Of a stretch of 64,000 nt of DNA, positions 25,629-36,483 are shown piece by piece. The position numbers and the translations under genes are program-made. The DNA comes from Macrostomum lignano (taxonomy: Eukaryota). How positions within the stretch are numbered: position 1 is the first letter of the stretch; each line of letters opens with the position of its first letter. The stretch is from the NCBI GenBank assembly GCA_002269645.1, contig NIVC01001484.1, positions 111,531 to 175,530 on the forward strand. The letters run 5' to 3'. Below the pieces are notes generated by a model. It was not told the DNA's origin, made no database searches, and saw nothing but the letters and a program-made list of their open reading frames with translations.

Positions 25629-27591
25629 TTAATTTGAATCTTCTTCATCACTATCAACCAGCTGCTCGTAGACCAGAGCCGACCGGTCAGCTTTGCCGGT
25701 TGCTGCGCTGCCACTGCAGCGACGCTGCGAGGCTCCGGTTGGTGCGCTGGAGCGACGCAGTCCGCCACGGTTGCTTAGCAACGGAGGCTGGGCAGCGGCG
25801 GCGGCCGTTTCAGACTGGCTTCGGTGCAGCAGCAGGTTGGGCCGCGCCGGAGCAGCTGACGACAGTCGACGCTGTGCGGCCTCCAGCCGTTGCGTCAGCT
25901 CGGCGATGCGCACCTCCTGATCGCGGACGATCGACTGCAGCTCGTCGGCGAGTTTCGCCTCGCCAATCAGAGCTTCGGTGGCTCGCTGAGAGGTCAGCCA
26001 GACGCCGCGGATGCTGACGTCGGCGGCGCAGTCGGCCTGGCAGACGGCGCAGCGCAGCTGCTGCTGCTTGGAGCTGTCGCTGAGCACCTCGTCGTTGGTG
26101 AAGGTGCAGTGCGGACAGTTCCACAGCAGCTGGTTGCGGTCCGGAAGATGCACCTGGAGTTAAACAATTTGAAATTACAAAGAGTGTCTTGACCAAGTTA
26201 CATGAGTATTTGTTCGGTACGAAAACTCAAGGGGGTTTTGATGCCAAAGCTTAACAATCTTGTAATTGCCTTTGTGGCCAGTTAACCAGATGAAAACGGT
26301 ACCTAGGACAAGAAGCGTCCCAGAGTCCCTGGCAACTGAGCCCCAAAGCTCCCCCTAGCAACTAAGCTACTCAGCCCCAAAACTCACCCTAACAACTGAG
26401 CTACTCAGCCCTAAAGCTTACCCTAGCAACTAAGCTACTCAGCCCCAAAGCTCACCCTAGCAACTGAGCTACTCAGCCCCAAAGCTCACCCTAGCAACTA
26501 AGCTACTCATCCCCAGAGCTCACCCTAACAACTGAGCTACTCATCCCCAGAGCTCACCCTAGCAAATAAGCTACTCAGCCCCAAAGCTCACCCTAGCAAC
26601 TAAGCTACTCAGCCCCAAAGCTCACCCTAGCAACTAAGCTACTCAGCTCCAAAGCTCACCCTAGCAACTAAGCTACTCAGCCCCAAAGCTCACCCTAGCA
26701 ACTAAGCTACTCATCCCCAAAGCTCACCCTAGCAACTGAGCTACTCATCCCCAAAGCTCACCCTAGCAACTGAGCTACTCATCCCCAAAGCTCACCCTAG
26801 CAACTGAGCTACTCATCCCCAAAGCTCACCCTAGCAACTAAGCTACTCATCCCCAAAGCTCACCCTAGCAACTGAGCTACTCATCCCCAAAGCTCACCCT
26901 AGCAACTGAGCTACTCATCCCCAAAGCTCACCCTAGCAACTGAGCTACTCATCCCCAAAGCTCACCCTAGCAACTGAGCTACTCATCCCCAAAGCTCACC
27001 CTAGCAACTGAGCTACTCATCCCCAAAGCTCACCCTAGCAACTGAGCTACTCATCCCCAAAGCTCACCCTAGCAACTGAGCTACTCATTCCCAAAGCTAA
27101 CCCTAGCAACTGAGCTACTCAGCCCCAAAGCTCACCCTAGCAACTAAGCTACTCATCCCCAAAGCTCACCCTAGCAACTAAGCTACTCAGCTCCAAAGCT
27201 CACCCTAGCAACTGAGCTACTCATCCCCAAAGCTCACCCTAGCAACTGAGCTACTCAGCCCCAAAGCTCACCCTAGCAACTAAGCTACTCAGCCCCAAAG
27301 CTCACCCTAGCAACTAAGCTACTCATCCCCAAAGCTCACCCTAGCAACTAAGCTACTCAGCTCCAAAGCTCACCCTAGCAACTAAGCTACTCAGCTCCAA
27401 ATCTCACCCTAGCAACTAAGCTACTCAGCCCAAAAGCTCACCCTAACGCAGTGCCCTCGCCTCCCAGCCTGTCCGTGCCAGTTTAGCTCGCAGTCGTCAC
27501 AGAACAATTTCTCCCTACAGTTGTTGTCGGCCTCTTCGCAAACGAACTCAGCCGGCTGATGACCGCAGATTGAGCACAGATTGGCTGACAT
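25629..27591 (-). CDS. HOIP-derived family B, copy 2: B-box + NZF + coiled coil
   Basis: Exon 1 27591-27442 (MSANLCSICGHQ..NWHGQAGRRGHCVR), exon 2 26153-25629; near-identical to copy 1. Confidence 0.8.
26330..27447. repeat. 34-bp intronic minisatellite, ~33 units (same family as 16688-17320)
   Basis: Same unit, longer array. Confidence 0.96.
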
Positions 27592-28496
27592 TGTGCTAGT
27601 GACCTCATTAACTCTTTCGGTTTTTTAATACACTGATCGACTTGAGCTGCTGCGCATAAATATTAAATTCAATAAACTAATCTACTTTAAGTAGTCTACG
27701 AGATGCTGGGTACCTAAATATTGTTGTTTACTAAGACTAACGCTAAGGATCGTTAGGATTTCCATTGCTATTAAGCCTCTACACACTAATGAACAACAAA
27801 TCTATTGTTTAAGTCAAATAAGTGAATAAGTGGCCAAAGTACAAAAAACGATATGATTTTATTGAAAACAAGTCGCATGAAAGAAATGCGCGAGTATTAA
27901 AAATAATGAAAAAACAATACTGACAAAATTTTAGCATTTTAAGATTGAATTAATAGTTGGAAAAATATGAATCTGAAATGATGAAGATATAAATTTGATT
28001 TTGAAGAAATCATTGCTCACTGATAAAGACACTGCTTGCCAGGATTATAAACTATAAAAAACAATAGTGCATTCCTCAGTCACTGCAAGTAGTAAAAGGC
28101 GCTTATTTCAGAAAATGGCAAAATTCGAAAAATAACGGAATCTCCAGCTCAGCTGAGTCTGGCAATCAACAGAAACTGAAACGGAGACTTGGCATGCAAA
28201 AACTGGTGCAATGCATTGCTCGCGATAGATGCCAGCTTTGATCAGACTAATAACTATAGCCAGACAAAATTTACCTATTATAATGCATTCTGAGGTCAGA
28301 GCAAATCATTGATTCATTGATTTCAAAAAGTTCCATTCTTATTGGGAAAACAATTCGATCTGCTTATATTGACAGAATTTTCGAAATGCAGTATAGTATG
28401 AAATATGAAACATTTTTATGGGTAGCAGAGCTGGTTTGAACGAGCAGAAATTGTTATTGCCACTGCCTGAATAGGTTTGTTTGCTTCATAGGAAAT

Positions 28497-28550
<54 letters not shown>

Positions 28551-29878
28551 CTCCGGCTGTCCGGAAAGTCGTGAGAATGTATTTAAAAAACCAGTCAGAA
28601 CTATCAGAAAACACGATAACAGCACTAGTTGGTAATGTAATCTCCCCTTGCGTTGATTACAGCTTGGCAATGGTCAACGAGTCGCTGAACCTCTCTTTTC
28701 AAGCAATCTTCGTCCAGGCCTCTTGCCCATTGCAACGCAGCTTCTCGAACTTCATTGTGGTCGCTGAACACTCGCCTGGAGAAATCAGTCTTCATCCAAC
28801 TGAACAAAAAACGGTCGCACAAATTGAGCTGTAAGGACTCTGAAACACCAGCTGAACTCCACGGGACTCCATGTACTGCTGCACAGAACGAGCCACGTGA
28901 GGTCGCGCATTGTCCCACTGCCAAAGAACATCCGACAGATGAATTGGCCTTGACCTGAGAGTACGCCATAGGTCTCCGGTGTGCCGAATGAACTCAACCA
29001 TGCCATTTGCATTAACAGTTTGCTTTGGGGCTGTGGATTCAATGGAGAAGCGCTTGCTTGGAGTGAAAGCAACCAGAAGCATTGTCTTTGCATTGCCGAC
29101 TGAGTGCCTGACAACCTGGGGCCGATGATCCCCTTGGCCAAGCCAGCACCTGTTGTTTTGCTTTGTGCCAGTGTTGTTCAGGTACACCCACATCTCATTC
29201 TCCACCACGTACTTGTCGCAAAAGTTTTCCATGCCCTCGTTGTAAAAAAGCCTGCGAATTTGCTTGGCACAATTGATGCAAGCAGTCTTGTTCTCCTCGG
29301 ATAGAGCATGCGGAACCCAGACAGCAGAAACGTTTCAAAGGTGCAAATCCTCAGTCAAAATTTCGTGCACTGTTGTTTTTCCAACTTCCAAAGTCAGCGA
29401 GGTCTCGGACACTAACTTTTGGATCCTCTTCAATAAGAGCTCGGCAGGTTTCGATCAGTTCCGCTGTCCTTGTTGACTGTGGCCGGCCAGTCCGAGGAGC
29501 TGAGACTGGGGATAATGCTTCGTCACGGAACTTTGAATACCATCTATAAACCGTTGACTGACCTGGTGCAGCATCTCCATAAACTTTGAGCAGCTCGTCA
29601 TAACAGCTGATAGCGGAGATTCCGAGACAGTATCTAGCATAGGCATAACCCTGGAAGTCTTCCATTTTGAAGAACTCGCTGTCAAAATTTTCAAGCTTGA
29701 TCACCGCGTTGCATTTGCTATTGAGCACTTTATACTGAGCTCGCCCCTGCCCCAAATAACAAGAATTTTCACCATAGACATATATGAGTCTATTATTGAA
29801 ATTTCTGTGTGCCACGTCAACAGCTTGCTGTTTTCTTGCTTAATTGACACATTCTCACGACTTTCCGGGCAGCCGAAG
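28551..29878 (-). mobile_element. Full-length but decayed Tc1/mariner (mariner-like) DNA transposon, 1328 bp
   Basis: 30-bp TIRs (CTCCGGCTGTCCGGAAAGTCGTGAGAATGT and inverse, 2 mismatches), TA on both sides. Transposase from ATG 29665 to stop 28625: HTH (TVYRWYSKF..GRP), WVPHAL, DNARPH, PYS..LNLCD. In-frame TGA at 29337-29335 plus frameshifts. Confidence 0.93.
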
Positions 29879-29911
29879 TAGATAGATAGATAGATAGATA
29901 GATAGATACTA

Positions 29912-29982
<71 letters not shown>

Positions 29983-30100
29983 TTGATTGAATTTCAGCAA
30001 TATTGAAGTCACCGCTGAAGAACACGCGCATGCATAAAAATATTTGGCAATTAAATGTAGCTTCAATGTCTTCACAAAAAATCCCTTTTCTCTTCTTCCT

Positions 30101-30172
30101 TTACTTGCGGCCGCCGCGGCCACAGTTGCCATAGCAGATGCTGACCACGGGAGCGAACACCCCGGACAAACC

Positions 30173-30214
<42 letters not shown>

Positions 30215-31165
30215 CCACATTGCCAGCCCGTGCGCGGCATCGAAATTGTTCGCCCGCCTGACCCGCCGGCTCTCCTCAGCAGGCAGGGCGGCCCGCAGCT
30301 GGCCGCAGCTCCACGGACTCTCCGCCAGCGCTGAATTGCCGCGGTCCAACAGAAACCGCCGAGGCAGCAAAGGCGAATTGGCCGACGCCGTCTCGGCCTC
30401 CCGACGCCGACGCTCTTCGACTTCGGCTTCGGCCTCCTTCAGCCGGCGTCGGAGACGTCGATCTCGCCGACGCTGGGCTCGTTTGCGCCGCTGCTCCGGC
30501 GTCTCGGCTGCTCGACGCTGCCTGGCGGCTTCGGCTTCGGTGGCCAGCTGGGCGCGAACTCCGGACCTCCAACGCTCGAAAGCGTCAAGATCTCTGCTAC
30601 TACTGTCAGTAGTTGTTGCAGACAGTGACGAGTGCCGTCTGTTGTGCCGGGCCAGACCGGCCAGGGAGCCGAACAGCCGCTCGGACCAGCTGGAACCGCG
30701 GCGGCTGCTGGCAGCTCTGGAAGATGAGGCAGTTTCAGCCAATTTTTCAGCCTCTCTACCTGCAGCTTGATCAGCCAGTTCGGTTGCGGCTACCGCAGCT
30801 TCAACAGAGCTCAGCTGGTGAGTCAGTTTCCGCAGCTGCTCAAGCTGCACCCGAGCCCGCCTCTGTAGGCAGGCCAACCTATGCCACGGCTCAAGGCGGA
30901 GCTCTCCTTTGTTAGACGATGATGAGGCGCCGAAAACTCCTCGCGGCGAAACGCAGCTGGCAGCGGGGCAGCCGCACTGGCCGCACTCGAGCGAGGTCAG
31001 GCAGGAAGGAAACTCAGAGCTGGCCTGATGGAGCTTCTCAAGCTTAGCACATTCAGCTTCACCACCTTTTGGTGCAGCTGTGGAGCACCAATGAAATCGA
31101 AGCTCGTTTCTAAGACTACAGCCGGCGCAGGTCCACGCAATCGAGCGAGCATCAAACAGCGACAT
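30101..31165 (-). CDS. HOIP-derived family C, copy 2, 354 aa
   Basis: Near-identical to 19671-20732; the poly-Gly (GCC)n tract differs. Confidence 0.65.
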
Positions 31166-32494
31166 CTGGAATTATATGTTTGATAAGGTGCTGTGTGTTC
31201 AGCTGTATTGACCACTAGCTCACTGTGACTGCTTTGAGGGGTGACGCAAGCAGCCTTAGTCATTTAGACAAAAAACAACTCGTTTAAGTACGTCAGTAGT
31301 TACTCTTTCGATTAGAATTTTCTGGGTAACTTTTCCATTAAAAACTGCTGAATTGTCAAAGTGCACGGGGGAGTTGTAGAAATTCTGTGGCTCTTAGTGA
31401 GGAGTTGATGAGATGTCAAGGCTCAATTGGAAGTTGTTGGTAGGCCAAGCATCATAGGGGAGAGTTAGGGTTTAAGTTAAGCCATGGCTTAAAGGGAGGT
31501 TTTGATGCCAAAGCTCAAAGGGGATGCTAAAACAGCATTTTCCTCAAGAAACTAACAATAATGACTGTACAAGGTCAAAACCTTATACTTTAGTTTCTGC
31601 TTTCTCAATGGGAGGAGGGCGGATTGTTAGTTCTATATACTAAAAATAAAAACAAACACCAAAGCACTATTAGCACCATAGTGATAAAAAATAACGTTAC
31701 AAAAGCGGTTCTATTTTGGTCTGAAAAAAAGAAAGTACAAAATCAAAACTCTGTACTTGTACAAGTACTCGTAGTACTGTAGGACGAAGGCTTTTTGCCG
31801 TTGTGGAATAAACACGAACGTTAAGTACATTTTGTTATAACGAAACAAAAAAAATAGCCGTAACCGTAAAACGTAAGTTACACTGAAAAGATACTGAAAA
31901 TACAGACATAGCATTCGGGATACTGGGATATTTGGACTACAATGGACAGTCAAATTGGATGATGAATCTGAATCTGCGGTTTTTCACTAACGCTTGGTGT
32001 TAATATAAAACCAGCGACATATTTACTTAAAACTCTCAGTCTAAAATAGATTTTCCATCATTTTTATGAACTCAAGTTTAATGGCACTTAAGTGGATAAA
32101 AATAAAATATAAACATTGTAGGCGAAAAGTTAGACAACCATAAAGGCCATTAGATGACTTCGCACTTCGTAAAAGCTATCAATAATAAAATAATTTTGAA
32201 ATTCTTTTTATCACATAGAGGAGGATTTGAAATTAATAGAAGTACTCTAGAATAATTTGAATCATAGAATAAGGATTGTTCGCTAGTTGGATATGAAAAA
32301 GTATATGTTTTTTGGAATTGGTCCACAATATACTCGTAGCTGTATACTTTAAGGGTATGGTCGACAATTTATCGAGTACACTTAGCATGAGCTAGCAATA
32401 TCTAATCTTAACTTTCTGCAGCTATAGACCATCGCTTTGCTCCGATCACGGCATACATGTGACGCTAACTGCGTATTCTATACATAATGAAAAC

Positions 32495-34900
32495 TCAGTA
32501 GGCTCGGGGAAGATGCAATACAGTTCCACAGTTGCGACAAATAACATTTGATGAGTCTCTTTGCAACTTTGTATCCACAGTGACACGACATCTCGTGCAT
32601 TGCATGAGCTCCATCTGTGCACTCACAGGTCGGCTACCAGTCCCAGAGCCACGCTTTGGAGAAGGGGCTACTCCTGGAAGACTGTTAAGTTCTTTGCACT
32701 TTCTTCCAGTATGTACATCTTCCCAAGGCCGGCCGCACATCTTGCAAGTGTATTTGTTGCATGAAAAACATACAAATCCAACAGGTTCGATACGGCCTGT
32801 AATGTCTCTGTACTTGCCGCAGTGAGCACATTGGAGTTTTGCTATGCATTGGGATTGCATCCCAACCTTCTGAGATTTTCTTCTGCCAGCAACTCGAGTA
32901 GACAACCTTATTGGCTCATCAAACTCATCAGATTCATCGGAAGTAATTGCCTTCCCAATGTCATCTACCAATGTTTCAGGTCCACGAACTCCATTGCGCA
33001 ACTTTTCGGCAATATCAACAGGCTCAAAAGCCCCAACTCGCCTCGCTGAAACTGTTGTCGATGATCCAGCACGGGATGAAAATGAGCTCGCATGGGTCCC
33101 AAACTGCAGACCACTGGCATGAGTAACCGCTGCCATCTGCCAGGTCGGATCATCTGCCCTTCTCTGTCTCGCTTCGTCACCTTGATATCTTCTGGGATTT
33201 TTATCCAGCGGCGTCTGTTCGCGTCTATGCAGCCTTGTCTTTCTGATTAGATGCAGATCATTCTGCATGGCTTCAGCCTCTTGCTCTTGGCGCAGCCGCT
33301 CTTCCTCTGCCCTTTCCCATCGCCCTACTGCTGCCGACGCGTTCCGCAGAGAGTGGTTTCTTCGTTGTCGCTCAGCCTCCTCTCTCTCCCACAGTCGCTG
33401 CGCCTCTTCTGTCTCCTTTCTCAACCGCTCAGCCTCTTCTCTCTCCTTTCTCCACCGATCAGCCTCTTCTCTTTGCTGTCTCAACCGCTCAGCTTCTTCT
33501 TTCTCCTTTCTCAACCGCTCAGCCTCTTCTCTCTCCTTTCTCAACCGCTCAGTTTCTTCTCTCTCCTTTCTCAACCGCTCAGCCTCTTCTCTCTGCTGTC
33601 TCAACCGCTCAGCCTCTTCCCTCTCTTTTTTCTTTCGTTCCGCCTCTTCTCTCTTCCGTTGTCGCATTTCTTCAGCTTCTCTCTGCCTCCTCTTATCATC
33701 CTCAATTCTCGCTTGCCTTTCGAGTTCTTCTCTATTTTCTCTTTCCAACCGCTGCAGCTCCAACATTGCCAGCTCCAGCTGCTGCCTTTCCGTGGCCTCC
33801 TTTTTGAAACGTCTCTCTGTACGAAGTCTCCGTTCCTGCTCTTCTTTTAGCCGCGTCTGCAGCTCCTGTATTTGCTGCTCTCTTTCCTGCAGCTGAACCT
33901 GAGTTAACTGCCTTTTTTCTGCCTCCTCGACTGCCAGCAGTTCAGCCAGTTGTACTTGCAATTCCTTTTCCTCAAGCTGCTGATAGAGTGGATACTCAGC
34001 ATCTTCAAGCTGTTTGGACTCTGTAGCGATGTCGGCCGGTACCACATCGGACCTCGAAGACGTCCGCGTCTCTTTTCTTGGAGAATTTGCCAAGGTTTCC
34101 ACAGCTGCAACACGATTTTCAGACGGCGGCAGAGTTCGCTGGCGCTTTTGTTCTACGCGGTCTTCCACCGCTGAAGCATGCGCCTGTTTTCTATGAGATT
34201 CGCTGTTTGATTGGCTGGGCGGCTGCTGATCTCCCTGATTCGAACGCCCAGCATTCTGTCTGCCAATTGCAGCTTGAGCTTGAAACTGCCTCTGCCTTTC
34301 TTGAGGACTCAAGTCACTCAACCCAACACTATTCTCCGCATTAGGCGAAGCAGCTGCTGGATTTTCACGCTTTTTCGAAGGCGATGGCAGCTGAGAGTTG
34401 CACATTTCGCATTGTTTTGCTCCCTTCGCAGTATTGACAAAGGTGCAAGTAGGACAAGCAATCTCCGTGCTTGGTGATGACTTTTTAGTCGATTTCTTAG
34501 TCTTGGTTGTATTGCTGTTGCTGGTCTGAGCTGGTGCAGCTTCTCTCAATTCCCTGCCAACGCTGGTCTTGCTGCACACTTCGCACATCAACCGATCTTC
34601 TGGCTTCCATTGAACTGCGCTGACATTTTGAAATGTGCAGTGCGGACACGACCAAGGATAACCTTGCTGCTGCGGTTGCGTCAACGGCTGGTCACTGCGG
34701 CCGTTTTCTCGCAATAAAGCATCAACCTCCTGCCGCTGATGACTGCGTCTGCTCGGGTGGCCGTGCCAGATCTCGTCGCAGTTGACGCACAGCTGCTTGC
34801 GCGCGCAGGCCGGAGCTGTGCAGACGCGAGCGACAGGCTCGTCGCCGCAGAATTTGCACATTTCAACCTCGCCGATGCCAGCAGCTGCGCTTGTTGCCAT
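32495..34900 (-). CDS. HOIP-derived family A, copy 3 (intronless): B-box, 2 NZF, ER-K rod, IBR, degenerate half-RING2, 801 aa
   Basis: MCKFCGDEP..LCVNCDEIWHGHPSRRSH (HOIP-type B-box); WSCPHCTFQN and CPTCTFVN..CEMC (NZF); C-terminus as in copies 1 and 2. Confidence 0.85.
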   Translation of the reverse strand: MATSAAAGIGEVEMCKFCGDEPVARVCTAPACARKQLCVNCDEIWHGHPSRRSHQRQEVDALLRENGRSDQPLTQPQQQGYPWSCPHCTFQNVSAVQWKPEDRLMCEVCSKTSVGRELREAAPAQTSNSNTTKTKKSTKKSSPSTEIACPTCTFVNTAKGAKQCEMCNSQLPSPSKKRENPAAASPNAENSVGLSDLSPQERQRQFQAQAAIGRQNAGRSNQGDQQPPSQSNSESHRKQAHASAVEDRVEQKRQRTLPPSENRVAAVETLANSPRKETRTSSRSDVVPADIATESKQLEDAEYPLYQQLEEKELQVQLAELLAVEEAEKRQLTQVQLQEREQQIQELQTRLKEEQERRLRTERRFKKEATERQQLELAMLELQRLERENREELERQARIEDDKRRQREAEEMRQRKREEAERKKKEREEAERLRQQREEAERLRKEREETERLRKEREEAERLRKEKEEAERLRQQREEADRWRKEREEAERLRKETEEAQRLWEREEAERQRRNHSLRNASAAVGRWERAEEERLRQEQEAEAMQNDLHLIRKTRLHRREQTPLDKNPRRYQGDEARQRRADDPTWQMAAVTHASGLQFGTHASSFSSRAGSSTTVSARRVGAFEPVDIAEKLRNGVRGPETLVDDIGKAITSDESDEFDEPIRLSTRVAGRRKSQKVGMQSQCIAKLQCAHCGKYRDITGRIEPVGFVCFSCNKYTCKMCGRPWEDVHTGRKCKELNSLPGVAPSPKRGSGTGSRPVSAQMELMQCTRCRVTVDTKLQRDSSNVICRNCGTVLHLPRAY

Positions 34901-35080
34901 GGCTAACTAATGGTGCGAATTGCGTTTATCGCCACAGATGAGGAAAACTGGTTTGATTTGATTTGAAATTTGACGCGTTTCATAAATAGAAGATTAAGTG
35001 ACATTTATATTTACGGGTCTAATTACCTATGTCCTACACAAAAAACTCTGCCTACGCTTTACTGCCATTTTAAATAATGA

Positions 35081-35396
35081 GGGGTTGTAGCCTAGTGGTT
35101 AGAGCGTCGGATTCACGACTTGATCGAGGTCGGGGGATTCGATTCCCTATACCACTGGAAAAATTTGTGTCCTTGAGCAGAACTTCAGTTCACCCAGCTG
35201 TAAAATGGGTGCCAGCATTAGCTGGGGTAATTGAGGGTGTGTGGCGAGGCGACCCTCCCAGTCCTTGGTCTGAACAGCCGTACGCAGCCTTCAGATGCGC
35301 CGCGCAAATAGCTGCGGCTGAGCTGTCGGTTGCACATTTGGCCCAAATGGGGGGTAGGTGTAATCAAGTGAAATGAACTATTATTACTATTGCTAT
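35081..35396 (+). mobile_element. tRNA-derived SINE with CORE-like central domain
   Basis: A box TAGCCTAGTGG; B-box-like GATTCGATTCC; then GTGTCCTTGAGCA..CAGCTGTAAAATGGG resembling the MIR/CORE motif; TAT-rich tail. A second partial copy lies at 45541-45690. Confidence 0.7.
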
Positions 35397-36483
35397 TAAT
35401 ACTCAGAAAAAAAACTATTTGACGCATCAAATACCAGCAGTTTAATAAATCAAAACACAACTTTATTCGTTCAAACTCTGAATAAAAATAAGGGCCTTAG
35501 CCCACATAGCTACTATGTAGTTATTATAGAAATCATTGAATACATGGATGTTTCTACGATGGAAAGACAGATGATGAAGAAGGGGGAGTTTGGGTGAATA
35601 CGCTCGTACATGCGCAAAATAGCCAAGCAGAAAAATTGTCTTTTAGGCACAAAACCACGGGGGCAAGAAATGAAAAACATACTGACAAAAATATGATGCT
35701 AAGCAGGTATGCATAGATAAGAATGGACTCTTGCTGACTCTGTAGATATAAGGGGATTTTAATATGATCTTCAACTCTTTTATTCTTTATTAGCACACTC
35801 AAGTAATTGAGAGGCTCCTGTTCCTACAGATTGTTATACTGCACAATGTACACGTTTAACTAATAGTAATTATAATTTTAACTGAATTTTATTTTACGTT
35901 AAACAAATATCGATACCGTTGCAAAAGTAAAACATTATTTAGCTCCTAAACGTTTAAACACTGCAGAATAAAAGCATTCAATAACAGCAGAAGCAGCCTC
36001 TGACCTTTTCATCTTGGTTATGCATAAATAGGAGCCAATATATACACGTAGTACTACGAAGCGATTTTTTGTATTAGTTTGAGTAAACAACAATTACAAA
36101 TATGTTGGATACTGGATGTAAAATGGTGTAACTCAATGACAAACTCTTTATCTTAATTTACAAAACTTTGACTGCAAGTCATTACTTTTCTTATAAGTCG
36201 TTTTAACCACGGCGGCTTCAACTAAGCGCTTGTAGATATATGACTAATTAGGATTAAAAGAGTTTTTATGATGCCATTACAATTACAATTAATTGATCAT
36301 AAGTCAGGAATGGTCGTGAGGAATTCTACAAAGAAATCATAGAACCTTACAGCTTAATAAACCAACACGCAAATGAAAAAAATGAAAAAATTATTTGCTT
36401 ACATCTAGCTTTGTTGTGAAAAGAAGCTTCATCTTCTGCACAAAGTCCTACACAATAAAAACTTAACCAGGCAAATAAAAACA

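Noticed and set aside
28625-29665. Active or domesticated transposase
   Set aside because: In-frame stop, at least two frameshifts and an altered first catalytic Asp (ENEMW).
35081-35158. tRNA gene
   Set aside because: Stems pair imperfectly, the B box is variant, there is no terminator, and it continues into a repeat body found again at 45541; better explained as a SINE head.
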